Assembly: GCA_002269645.1 (NCBI GenBank) | Contig: NIVC01000172.1 | Span: 18,535-82,534 of the forward strand | Length of the DNA: 64,000 nucleotides | Reading direction: 5' to 3' | Source of the DNA: Macrostomum lignano | Lineage: Eukaryota | Part shown: positions 38,301 to 52,031 of the stretch, in pieces | Layout of the letters: each line of letters begins with the position of its first letter | Position numbering within the stretch: the stretch's first letter is position 1 | Program-made: the position numbers and the translations under genes | Notes under the pieces: model-generated | What the model was told of the DNA's origin: nothing | The model's database searches: none | Seen by the model: only the letters and a program-made list of their open reading frames with translations

Positions 38301-41300
38301 TTCTGTTCGGCGAGCATGTCCGTGGCTGAGCTCATGCTGGCCGCCTCTCTGGACACCTGCGAGTTTGATTTATATAGCAATATAAAAGTGAGATTTCACC
38401 TCGCGACAGGCCAGGACTGACTACTGACTAGTAGCCACTTTTGACTGAACATTTCTAGTAATAGTTAGCTGGTATTATTTTAAAACTTTGTTCACGAAAT
38501 AAACTTAACTTAAGCTATGTGATCTGATTTGGGATCTGTGCTATGGGATTTGAGCTATGGGATCTGTGCTATGGGATTTGAGCTATGGGATATCAGCTAT
38601 GGGATTTGAGCTATGGGATCTGAGCTATGGGATTTGAGCTATGGGATCTGTGCTATGGGATTTGAGCTATGGGATATCAGCTATGGGATTTGAGCTATGG
38701 GATTTGAGCTATGGGATCTGAGCCAAGGGATTTTATATGGGATCTAAGCTATGAGATTTGAGCTATGGGATCTGTGCTATGGGATCTGTGCTATGGGATT
38801 TGAGCTATATGATATCAGCTATGGGATTTGAGCTATGGGATCTGTGCTATGGGATCTGTGCTATGGGATCTGTGCTATGGGATCTGAGCTATGGGATCTG
38901 TGCTATGGGATCTGTGCTATGGGATTTGAGCTATATGATATCAGCTATGGGATTTTAGCTATTGGATCTGTGCTATGGGATCTGTGCTATGGGATCTGAG
39001 CTATGGGATCTGTGCTATGGGATCTGTGCTATGGGATCTGAGCTATATGATATCAGCTATGGGATTTTAGCTATTGGATCTGTGCTATGGGATCTGTGCT
39101 ATGGGATCTGAGCTATGGGATCTGTGCTATGGGATCTGTGCTATGGGATCTGAGCTATGGGATTTGAGCTATGGGATCTGTGCTATGGGATCTGTGCTAT
39201 GGGATTTGAGCTATGGGATCTGTGCTATGGGATCTGTGCTATGGGATTTGAGCTTTGGGATCTGTGCTATGGGATCTGTGCTATGGGATCTGTGCTATGG
39301 GATCTGAGCTATGGGATTTGAGCTATGGGATGGGATTTAAGCTATGGGATTTGAGCTATGGAATTTGAGCTATGGGATTTGAGCTATGGGATTTGAGCTA
39401 GGGGATTTGAGCTATGGGATTTGAGCTATGGGATTTGAGCTATAAGACCTGATATGGGATCTGAGCTATGAGATTTGAACTATGAGATTTGAGCTATGGG
39501 ATTTAACCTCTTCCGAACTGAAGAGGATTTTATTCATCTCCGTTCCGGTCGGATGGTAAGCAGCGCTTACCATAGACTATTCCTTTCAGCAGAATAGTTT
39601 GCTAAGTCTGTGGTCATTCCAGTCTGATAAAAAGACATTGACTATGAATAAGGCCCAAAACTAAGTCTCCATAAACTAACATAGAAAGTTTTACAGCTGA
39701 AGATTATGGCTGCACTCATGGAAGAATTTGAAAGTTTTTCCGATTCGGACTTAATGACGTCCGATGAAGAAGAATACATCATGTCAGAGGACGATTATGG
39801 TGAGTCGGACGGCCAGAGCACTGCCGAAGAGACGGAAGAGCTGTCTTGGCATTCTGTAGTTGCTGGGCATGACGTGCAAGCGAATGTGCACGAGTTTCTA
39901 GGGACACCTGGACTGAATCCAGGAATTTGCGTACCTGGTGATGTTGAGCAGGCAACGTCCTTTTTTCTCGGTCTTTTTTTGTCCAATAGCCTTTTCGAAG
40001 ACCTGGCAAAATGGACTAATCGAAGAGCCTGGGCGGCGATCCACTCTGTCAATGTCAACGACCTGCCTCGGAGTTTTGCGCAATGGAGAGATTGCAGTGC
40101 GAATGAAGTAAAGAAAATGTTAGGAATGTGCCTTTACATGGGTTCCAATAAAAAGGCCGAAATGAACGAGTACTGGAGCACAGACAGTTACTACAGTACG
40201 CCGTACTTTTAAGCACCTCAAGCTCTCTCTAGGGACCGCTTCAAGCAGCTACTTGGTCTGCTCCGTTTCTACGATTGCGCTGAGGATCCGATTGTCAACG
40301 ATCCTCTCTTTAAGATCCGTCCGTTGCTGCAGGCTTTGAAAGAGGCTTGTATTAATGTGTACAGGCCCGAGGAGGATGTGAGCGTGGATGAGTCTTTGGT
40401 GCTGTACAAAGGTCGCCTGCGCTTTAAGCAATATATTCCAACGAAGCGGGCTAAGTACGGAATAAAGCTATATTGTGCATGTGAGGCCAAATCAGGCTAC
40501 CTGTACAACTTCCGCGTTCACTCGACCCCAGAGGAGAACCGCCGGTTCGATGAACAGTTGCAGGGAGACAATCTGTCCTTCAGCGAGAAGATTGTTGTTG
40601 AGCTCTGCTACAACTTGTTGCACCAAGGCTACCGCATCTTTGTCGATAAATGGTTCGGTTCCTATCGGCTGTCAGAGTACCTGCTGACTCAAGGAACGCA
40701 CCTGACTTGTACCGTCCGGGCCGACCGAGGTGTGCCGATTGAGCTCAGACAGCTGCACGTTCCACCTAACGACGTCGCCTTCATGCGCAAAGACGGGGTG
40801 CTGGCTGTCAAGATCGTTGAACGAAAGGAGAGTGGCCTGAAGACTCTGTATTTGCTGGACACGAAAGAGGCGGCTGAGAGGGTTCAAACCAGACGCGTGG
40901 TTCGTGGAGGAGCAGAAACAGTTGTGCAGAAGAGCAGGTCAGTTCTCACCTACAATCGGTGCATGGGTGGTGTTGACAGAATGGACAGTCATCTACAGCC
41001 TCATCTGCCAGGGAGGAAAACTACAAAGTGGTTTTTGAAGCTCGGCTTGCATCTTTTTCTTTAAATGATTCGCAACGCTTGGATTGTGTACAGCCGGTGC
41101 GGTGGAGAGAAGACGTTCGCCAAGTTTCTTGAGGCCAGCATTCGGGAGCTGGTGGAGCGTACCGGAACGAGCAGGAAGCGCCCGGCCGCTGGCATCCAGG
41201 CCGCTCCAGGTGGCCCAGTCAGTCCGCATTTTCCAACGAAGATTGTGGCGCGGGACAGTCAGCCAAGACCAACAAAGCGCTGTCGTGTCTGCTACAGAGC

Positions 41301-41822
41301 TGGAAGCAGCAAGCGCACGATCTACTGCTGCCCTGAGTGTCCAGGGGAACCGGGGCTCTGCTTGGAAGCCTGCTTTCAGCAGTGGCATGCCTGATCTTCG
41401 ACTGCGATTTGGACCAAGTCTGCCTTAATGAATCTATTTGAAGGCAACTGTTCACTCGAACTTAGTCAAAATATAATGCAAGTCAGTATATTTTAATGTA
41501 GTTTGTAAGTTTACTGAGTTATTATGTTTATTTAAAGTTTAAAGTTGTCTAACACATATCACAATGTTCTTTTTTGCGTTTTGGAGTACTTTTGCATCTA
41601 AATGTACGATCTGTACGACCTGCTTACTTTTGTTTTACTTTGTTAAAATATTTTTCGTATGATTTTTTCTTCAGTCGAGTTGTTTCCAGACCGTGAATAA
41701 TCTGTAGCAGATTTCAACCAACTGCGGTATAAAAGGCAAATGACAAATTTTTTATTTGGAAGGATAAAAGTAAAGCTAGTTCCTTTTTGAATAAATATTT
41801 GTCCATGACCCCTAATGGCTGA

Positions 41823-41854
<32 letters not shown>

Positions 41855-44800
41855 TTTTGAAGAGCTGCTCAATCTGATTTTCCTAACTTCAATTCTATGG
41901 CAAGCTCTGCTTACCATAGCCGACCGGAACGGCCTGTGGCCAGCCATAGACTTATAGAGACTTTCCTCACTCGCGAAAGTTTAGGTTTGGATTGGAGTGT
42001 CAGCGTGGTAAGCACTGCTTACCATCAGACTGCTGGCGGTTAAGCTATGGGATTTAAGCTATGGGATTTAAGCTATGGGATTTAAACTATGAGATTTTAC
42101 CTATGGGATTTTAGCTATGGGATTTGAGCTATGGGATCTGAGCTATGGGATTTTATATGGGATCTAAGCTATGAGATTTGAGCTATCGGATCTGAGGCTT
42201 TTTAATCTGAGCTATGGGGCATGAGCCCAACAAGCATGGCAAACACTGCCCACCTGCCAATAGGCAGCCACACCAGCAGGCTGATGAATGACCACAACAA
42301 CAGACTCGCTCGATTGTCCTCCTTGAACGCCAGCATCCAGCGGATGCGCTGCAACTGCCGGGTCCGCACTCCACCAATTCGATGGATTTTCATCGCCCAA
42401 GTCTCCGATCAGGCCACCGACGCCCCAGGAGGTCAGCACGCGCCCGCAGTCGCGGCTGACAACGCCGAACAAGACAGCCGAACGTGTCAAAGGCAGCGCA
42501 AGGCTGAGCACTTCTCCAACCGTAGGAAACGTCCGCAGCAGAGTGCGCTGACCAACCGACCAAGCCTGAACTTCGCTTAGAAATCCGACAAACAGAATTC
42601 GATCCTGACGGTCCACCTGACCGCACCTGGCAGGCTCTGCACTGCCGAAATTAATCTTCTCCGCCCTGGCTCGCCGACCACCTGTCAGTTTGCCAATCGA
42701 CTCGAATCGAATCGATTTCTCGCAAACAAAGTAGATCCGGTTTTCGGTGACCAGCGTCTCCATGGCAACGGTGGCACTGCTTGCGTCGGTCCAGTCAAAC
42801 AAGCGGCCGTTGCCGGCGAAACGCAACGGTCGGATTCGATCGATCAGGTAAAACGCCGGCCGACAATCCGGACAAACTATCACGGATTTGACAATTGCGT
42901 CATTGCCTTGTCCGGTTGTCATGGGAACCAGTTTGAGCAAGCCTTGAAAACAATCGCTATCAGGCTGTTCCAGAAAGATTCGATCAACTACAAAGGCTTT
43001 CAGTTCGCTAGCAGAGGAAGTCAGCGATACCAATTCGAAGCAGAGACTGGCGGAGTCCGAGGCTGCGGTCCAAGCGATCAGGCAAGTCCGCGAGTCCACA
43101 AAGCAGGCGCCAGCCGGAACTGGGAAGTCTCGGTTTCTCAACGCGCAGCTCTGACTCGGATTTGCTGACTCAGCATCGACAACAAGCAGCTCAGCGTTGG
43201 AGAGTCTGTCGTGAGAAGAATCCTGTTCCACTGGCAGACAAAGCAGAATGCTCAAACGACCAGCAAAGTCGCTTGCAATCAAGCCAAACTGCTGCTTTGC
43301 TGGCAGACTTTCTTCGGAAGGAAATTTCCTACAGCTGTCAGCTCGATCGGTTTCCAAGTCTTCGTCGATCTCATCGATTTCTCGTCTATTATCGAGCTCG
43401 AGAAGCCGTCTCAGCAGCGGCCTTGCAGACTTGACATCCCAGACCGTCAGCAGGCCGCAGTCTCCACTAAGCGTCACAATTGAATCAGAGTTGGGACAAA
43501 CAAAGAAGCAGCCATTGTCCATCTCGGTGGATAATGTTTCAGCACGCGTTGTCAAGCGGCCTAGCAACCGATCAACGTCTGGCTCCCAGATCTCTAGGGC
43601 GTCGGTGGCGGTGAAGCTGCTTGCCGACGGCGTCGAGGTGAGCACCACTACTGAGCGACCGTCGGAGCTTGCGCAGATGACGCGGCTGACGACGCGGTAG
43701 CCATCGAGTGCACTGCGGGTTAGCGAGTGTGCCTTGCAGCGATAAAATGACAATGGTAGCTAAAGTTTTGTCATGGTAGCCAATAGTTGTCATGAAGGCT
43801 ATGGTTACTATGGTATCTAAAATTTCCACAGTAAATATGGGTTGCTACGGTAGCTAAGGGTTGCTACGGTAGCTAAGGGTTGCTACGGTAGCTAAGGGTT
43901 GCTACGGTAGCTAAGGGTTGCTACGGTAGTTAAGGTTTTATATGGTAGCTAAGGGTTGCTACGGTAGCTAAGGGTTGCTATGGTAGCTAAGGGTTGCTAT
44001 GGCAACTAAGGGTTGCTACGGTAGCTAAGGTTTGCTATGGTAACTAAGGGTTGCTATAGTAGCTAAGGTTTGCTACGGTAGCTAAGGGTTACTACGGTAG
44101 CTAAGGGTTGCTACGGTAGCTAAGGTTTGCTACGGTAGCTAAGGGTTGCTATGGTAGCTAACGGTTGCTATGGTAGCTAACGGTTGCTATGGTAGCTAAC
44201 GGTTAATACGGTAGCTAAGAATTTCCACAGTTACTAAGGGTTGCTACGGCAGCTAAGGGTTGCTATGGTAGCTAACGGTTGCTATGGTAGCTAACGGTTG
44301 CTATGGTAGCTAACGGTTAATACGGTAGCTAAGAATTTCCACAGTTACTAAGGGTTGCTACGGCAGCTAAGAGTTTCTATGGTAGCTAACGGTTGCCAAG
44401 GCAGCTAAGGTTTGCGATGTTAGCTAAGGGTTTCTATGTAAAAATATTGCTTCCAGATTACAATGCAATGGCAACTTCTTAATTTTGTTGCTATGGAAAC
44501 CTAGGTGTAGCAACTAATGAATAAAACACTAGCGCAAACCCACCTCATCAGCTGCAGACCATCCTGTACCGAGGCCACCGGCACGCACGCATTCAGAGGT
44601 ACCATCGCCGCCTCATCACCTTCAACGAAGTGGCCTTCAGATGCGGCAGCCATGCGAGCATCTTGAACGAATCGCATTGTCCAAGGACCTTCCACCGCCA
44701 CAGCGTCACAGCGAGCCAAAAGCTCCGCCGGCAGAGACCGCCGCTGAGCATCGCCAGGAGTCACAGCTGCCAGAATCGAAGCCAGGACTTCAAACAGCCG

Positions 44801-47800
44801 TTCAGATTCGAAGTCCCTACGAGCCGCGATCCGGCAGTCTTCTAGGAGAGCGCGCAGGCCAAGCGCTCTCTGCTTAGAGACCAGCCAGTCCAGATTAAAG
44901 CACACTTTGGATTTGTAAGCCTGCAGAAGCAGCTCGGACTGATGCAGATTTGCTGCCTTGTCGGCCAGGTTTGACTTGGCAGAGCTGATCGGTGCGGACA
45001 CACAACTGTAGGGTTTATTTCGAAAATTTAATCAGCTGTGTTAATACTCCATAAAATTTGATATTCATTGCTGAAGTTAAATGATCAGATAGACACAGAC
45101 AGACACACTTTGTGTCCTAGCTCACAAGAGACAGATAGACACACTTTGTGTCCTAGCTCACAAGACACAGACAGAAACACTTTGTGTCCTAGCTCACAAG
45201 ACACAGACAGACACACTTTGTGTCCTAGCTCATAAGGCACAGACACAGTTTGTGTCCTAGCTCACAAGACACAGATAGACACACTTTGTGTCCTAGCTCA
45301 TAAGACACAGACAGACATACTTTGTGTCCTAGCTCATAAGACACAGACAGACACACTTTGTGTCATAGTTCATAAGACACAGACAGACACACTTTGTGTC
45401 CTAGCTCATAAGACACAGACAGACATACTTTGTGTCCTAGCTCACAAGACACAGATAGACACACTTTGTGTCCTAGCTCATAAGACACAGACAGACATAC
45501 TTTGTGTCCTAGCTCATAAGACACAGACAGACACACTTTGTGTCCTAGCTCATAAGACACAGACAGACACACTTTGTGTCCTAGCTCATAAGACACAGAC
45601 AGACACACTTTGTGTCCTAGCTCATAAGACACAGACAGACACTTTGTGTCCTAGCTCATAAGACACAGAAAGACATACTTTGTGTCCTAGCTCATAAGAC
45701 ACAGACAGACATACTTTGTGTCCTAGCTCATAAGACACAGACAGACATACTTTGTGTCCAAGCTCATAAGACACAGACAGACACACTTTGTGTCCTAGCT
45801 CTTAAGGCACAGACACACTTTGTGTCCTAGCTCATAAGGCACAGACACACTTTGTGTCCTAGCTCATAAGGCACAGACACACTTTGTGTCCTAGCTCATA
45901 AGACACAGACACACTTTGTGTCCTAGCTCATAAGACAGACACACTGTATCCCAGTAGGCAGCTGCCGTACCCCGAGCCGCATTTCATCGGTTCCTCAGCA
46001 GACCAAAGCCACGGCCGCAGTCTCTCGCTAAGCAGCATGGGAATGAGTCGATAGCAACGGTTGCTAGGGGAGCAGGAGCTCACAGCTTCGCAGAGCCGCT
46101 CGATCAGTCTGTCAGTCTCCTGAATGCAAAGGTAGCGATCCGCGGCGACCGCCGTCAGTGCTGGGTGACACCAAGCGATCAGCGGCACCCCGGCGTCCTC
46201 TCCCAGAGTGACAAGGTAGCCGCGTGCGTCCCGCCGGAGCCTGGCCCACCACAGCTGGACATTGGAGCATGAAGACTGGACATCGGCCAGGAACGCCATC
46301 AGCTCGGACTCCGAGATGCCGCCGCCGATCTGGGGCAGACGGAGAAGTCGAAAGATATTCTAAGAATTCAAAAAGCCAGTCTGGCTCAACGCTTTCGGCA
46401 ATTCTACTCATTAAGCCGACTCCTGAGCACAATACAAGCGCGCCAATACTGTACACAGGCACTCATTCATACAACGCTCACGCAGGGTGCACAGCAGCTC
46501 TTCAGGCGTTGGAACTTTTCAAAAAGTGGGGGGCAGGTTCAGTGGCGGATTTAGGGGGGGGGGCACAGGGAGCACACCCCCGTCGAGTTAGATTTTTTCT
46601 ATGGAAAATGCACATTATCATGTACCGATAATTTTCAGAATGCATCTTGTCAGCACTTGATTTATAAAGCGCCGCAGGCACTCATTTTAGCGCCGCAGGC
46701 ACTCATTTTAGCACCGCAGCCACTCATTTTAGCACCGCAGGCACTCATTTTAGCACCGCAGGCACTCATTTTAGCACCGCAGGCACTCATTTTAGCACCG
46801 CAGGCACTCATTTTAGCACCGCAGGCACTCATTTTAGCACCGCAGGCACTCATTTTAGCACCGCAGCCACTCATTTTAGCACCGCAGGCACTCATTTTAG
46901 CACCGCAGCCACTCATTTTAGCACCGCAGGCACTCATTTTAGCACCGCAGCCACTCATTTTAGCACCGCAGGCACTCATTTTAGCACCGCAGCCACTCAT
47001 TTTAGCACCGCAGCCACTCATTTTAGCACCGCAGGCACTCATTTTAGCACCGCAGCCACTCATTTTAGCACCGCAGGCACTCATTCTGGCGCCGCAGGCA
47101 CTCATTTTGGCGCTGCAGGCACTCATTCTGGCGCCGCAGGCACACAATTTGGCGCTGCAGGCACTCATTCTGGCGCCGCAGGCACTTATTTTGGCGCCGC
47201 AGGCACTCATTTTGGCGCCGCAGGCACTCATTTTGGCACCGCAGGCACTCATTTTAGCGCCGTAGGCACTCATTATAGCGCCACAGGCACTCATTCTAGC
47301 GCCGCAGGCACTTATTTTGGCGCTGCAGGCACTCATTTTGGCGCTGCAGGCACTCATTTTGGCACCGCAGGCACTCATTTTAGCGCCGTAGGCACTCATT
47401 ATAGCGCCGTAGGCACTCATTTTAGCGCCGCAGGCACTCATTTTGGCGCTGCAGGCACTCATTTTGGCGCCGCAGCCACTCATTTTAGCGCCGCAGACAC
47501 TCATTTTGGCGCCGCAGGCGCTTATTTTAGCACCGCAGCCACCCTTTTTTAGCACCGCAGGCACTCATTTTAGCACCGCAGGCACTCATTTTGGCGCCGT
47601 AGGTACTCATTTTAGCGCCGCAGGCACTCATTTTAGCACCGCAGGCACTCATTTTAGCACCGCAGCTACTCATTTTGGCGCAGCAGGCACTCATTTTGGC
47701 GCTGCAGGCACTCATTTTGGCACCGCAGGCACTCATTTTAGCGCCGTAGGCACTCATTATAGCGCCGTAGGCACTCATTTTAGCGCCGCAGGCACTCATT

Positions 47801-50800
47801 TTGGCGCTGCAGGCACTCATTCTGGCGCCGCAGGCACTCAATTTGGCGCTGCAGGCACTCATTCTGGCGCCGCAGGCACTCATTTTAGCGCCGCAGGCAC
47901 TCATTCTGGCGCCGCAGGCACTCATTTTGGCGCTGCAGGCACTCATTTTGGCGCTGCAGGCACTCATTTTGGCGCCGCAGCCACTCATTTTGGCGCTGCA
48001 GGCACTCATTTTAGCGCCACAGGCACTCATTCTAGCGCCGCAGGCACTTATTTTGGCGCCGCAGGCACTCATTTTAGCGCCGCAGGCACTCATATTGGCG
48101 CCGCAGGCACTCATTTTGGCACCGCAGGCACTCATTCTAGCGCCGCAGGCACTCATATTGGCGCCGCAGGCACTCATTTTGGCACCGCAGGCACTCATTC
48201 TAGCGCCGCAGGCACTCATTTTAGCGCCGCAGGCACTCATTTTGGCGCTGCAGGCACTCATTTTGGCGCTGCAGGCACTCATTTTAGCGCCGCAGGCACT
48301 CATTTTGGCGCCGCAGGCACTCATTTTGGCGCTGCAGGCACTCATTTTGGCGCCGCAGCCACTCATTTTAGCGCCGTAGGCACTCATTTTAGCGCCGCAG
48401 GCACTCATTTTGGCGCTGCAGGCACTCATTTTAGCGCCGCAGGCACTCATTTTGGCGCCGCAGGCACTCATTTTGGCGCCGCAGGCACTCATTCTAGCGC
48501 CGAAGGCACTCATTTTGGCGCCGCAGGCACTCATTTTGGCGCTGCAGGCACTCATTTTAGCGCCACAGGCACTCATTTTTGCGCCGCAGACACTCATTTT
48601 GGCGCCGCAGGCGCTATGTTTTGTCGCTTTGCAGCAAAATGCATTCATGCAAAGCAGCAAAAACTAAAAAAAAGCAAAAAGTCTACATTTTACATTTAAA
48701 ATGTGGAGGGGCCAGATACCATTACTGCCCCCCTCCAAATTTAAAAAGTTGGGGGGCCATGGACCCACTGTCCCCTCCGTTCCTACGCCTATGCGGCCCT
48801 TTGACTTTCTGTGTACACCCTCAGTGCCTTAGGGACTGGCCTCATGTGTGTGAAGCTCACGACAACCTCCCCAGCAAATTTTCACTTCCTGTCTTCCTGA
48901 CTTCCACAACAAAGAAACTCTTAACAATTTCTGCTCAAAATTGAACGCCCCGCACCCACCCCCGTCAAGTAGGTGACGGCCGCCAGCGCCTCGCCAACAG
49001 GCCGGCTGCCGAACCGCCTCTCCAGCCTCTCCAACGCCCGCTCCATCAGTCGGCGAACCGGACAGCTCCCGTCTTCCAGCTCGCTTCCTCCGACTTCGAA
49101 ATCCGAGCGCCAGACCGACGCCTCAGCCATCGCCAGCCGCAGTCTCAGGGCCACTCCGCATCTGCAAGAGGACTTAATCTCGTTGCCAAGGACGCTACTC
49201 AGAGCCACGGCAAGCTGCCCAGCTCGCAGCCGGCGCCCGCGCCATCCCGACGCCAGAAGTCGAACAGCCATCCTCTCGATCTCCAATTTCGAAGTCGGAT
49301 CGGTCAGGCGCAGAACCGACTGGCAGCTGCAGCCCCAGTCCGATGCGGTTTCAGCTGAGCAGCTCGAAACGATTCGAACATTCGACGGCAGCTGCGCGGG
49401 CAGCCAGGCTAGACTGGACAAAGAGCCTTCTAGACGATCGAGTCCGGCGACAAAGATCCCCAGCCGGTGGCCGTGAGGTAGCAGGTGTAGACTGCTCAGG
49501 CGGCCCAGACAGGCCGCAAGGTGAGAGAACAGCTGAGAGTCCGACAGTTCTTTGATTCTGCGGGGGTCAAGTTGGTCTGAATTACTCCTGGGACAAGAGA
49601 TAGAAACCCTAGGATCTGATCCTCGAAAATTGGGAGCCGATCCTGATTGGAGATTGGAATTTAATTATTGAGGATCAGAATTCAAAATAGGGATTGAATT
49701 CTATGATTTATGACCAGGATCCCATGATTGAGGATTAAAATCTCATGATTGGGGACCAGAATCTTATGATTGGCGATCAGAATCCATGATTGAGGATTAA
49801 AAAGAATCCCATGATTGTGAATCAGAATCCCATGATTAGCGATCAGAATCCCATGATTGGGGATCAGGATCCCACGATTGGGGATCAGGATCCTACGATT
49901 GGGGATCAGGATCCCACGATTGGGGATCAGGATCCCATGATTGGGGATCAGGATCCCACGATTGGGGATCAGGATCCCACGATTGGGGATCAGGATCCCA
50001 CGATTGGGGATCAGGATCCCATGATTGGGGATCGGGATCCCACGATTGGGGATTTGAAATCCCATGATTTGGGATTAAATCCAATTATTAGGGATCAGAA
50101 TCCCATGATTCAGGATCAGAATCACATGATTGAGGATCAGAATCACAAGATTGGGGATTAAATCTTATGATTGAGGATCAGAATCACAAGATTGGGGATT
50201 AAATCCTATGATTGAGGATCAGAATCACATGATTGAGGATCAGAATCACAAGATTGGGGATTAAACCCTATGATTGAGGATCAGAATCACATGATTGAGG
50301 ATCAGAATCACAAGATTGGGGATTAAATCCTATGATTGAGGATCAGAATCCCATGATTGGGGATCAGAATCCCATGATTGGGTATCAGAATCCCATGATT
50401 GGGGATCAGAACCCCATGATTGAGGATCAGAATCCCATCATTGAGGATCAGAATCCCATGATTGAGGTTCAGAATCCCATGATCGAGGATCAGAATCCCA
50501 TGATTGAGGATCAGAATCCTATGATTGGGGATCAGAACCCCAGGGATTTGGGATCAGAGTACATGAAGGCATTTGGATCCCAGTCAGGGAGTGACTCACT
50601 CGTCCTCCCCCGCAAAGCCCTCATCGCCGTAGATGCCTCGCAGCTGCCTCAGGAGGCTCCTCACGATGCCGCCGCAGCAGCCGAGCTCGGAGTCGCTGCC
50701 AGCCAGTCGAAACAGCACCACCGTCGAGTCCTTCGCTACCATGGTCAGCCGAGTGGATGCGTCAGCTAGTAGCGTCGATTTACCGGCGCCAGGCGGACCG

Positions 50801-51349
50801 ACAACCAGCAGCGGCGTAGTGGAGGCGCCAGAAGACGCGGCATATTCCATCACGGCGCGGCGCGCTTGGCGCCAGGCGCTAAAATCTTCGTCAAAATCGG
50901 CGCCATCCTGATCGGCATCCTCGCAGCTGATTGCCGCCATCCGCAGCAGACGTCGACGAACCCGAAGATGACCGGCAGCGGCTTCAATCAGCAGCGGCAG
51001 CACTGCCGGCTGAAACGCTTGCTGCTGGGCAAATTCAATGCGGCTGCGAGCCGAGAACAGAAACTCCTCGGCTGTGGAGCACCGGAGCAGGGCGGAGTCG
51101 TCAAAGGATTCCAGAGCATCACTGTCGGCGTCTTCAAAGGCCGCCCCGGTGGCCCAGGCGGTTGGCAGGCCGCCCAGACCGGCGATGGCGGCAGCGGCGG
51201 CTCGCATTGAAGTCAGCAGGGCGGCCGCCTCGGAGCGCCAGGCAGCTGCGGCTGCGGCGGCTGCGCGTTCGTCAGCGCTGAGATATTCTGGGTGGCGACT
51301 GCTCACCTGGGAGGAATGAAATGGTGACAGTTGGACAGGTAGTCTAGTC

Positions 51350-51405
<56 letters not shown>

Positions 51406-51693
51406 CAGTTAGTTAGTAGATAGCGAGAAAGAGCGAGCGAAGCGAGCTCTTTCGAGCTTGCTTGCCGCAGCCAATCAAGCTGAAAGCACGCACACAAGAT
51501 CACCGGAAACGATTAAGGCAGCTGGAAAGCCAATGGGCGCGGTAAGCGCTTTTATCCAGAGGAACTACCTGCTGGAACCAGCCATGCCGAACGAAAATCA
51601 GACTACTCAAGTAGTGCAAAAGAGTACGTGCAACTACCGAGAAATCTAATTTTCGTAACCGCTCCGGTGCAGGTCCTGGCTATAGATAGTAGA

Positions 51694-51742
<49 letters not shown>

Positions 51743-51759
51743 CAGTCAGTCAGTCAGTC

Positions 51760-51814
<55 letters not shown>

Positions 51815-51815
51815 C

Positions 51816-51886
<71 letters not shown>

Positions 51887-51907
51887 CAGTCAGTTAGTTA
51901 GTTAGTC

Positions 51908-51941
<34 letters not shown>

Positions 51942-51942
51942 C

Positions 51943-52031
<89 letters not shown>

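Larger units (their letters stand above)
38530..42220. repeat. 15-bp minisatellite TGAGCTATGGGATTT (38530-39502 and 42044-42220), split by a piggyBac
   Basis: The same unit lies on both sides of the element. Confidence 0.93.

Noticed and set aside
46112-46462. Track ORF MPVYSIG... as an NWD exon
   Set aside because: The conserved NWD frame is the overlapping one that starts at the acceptor at 46329.
46657-48699. Long ORFs with CGAKMSA / AAGTHF repeats resembling antifreeze or silk proteins
   Set aside because: 21-bp array open in several frames on both strands; intronic and inside a MITE-like element.
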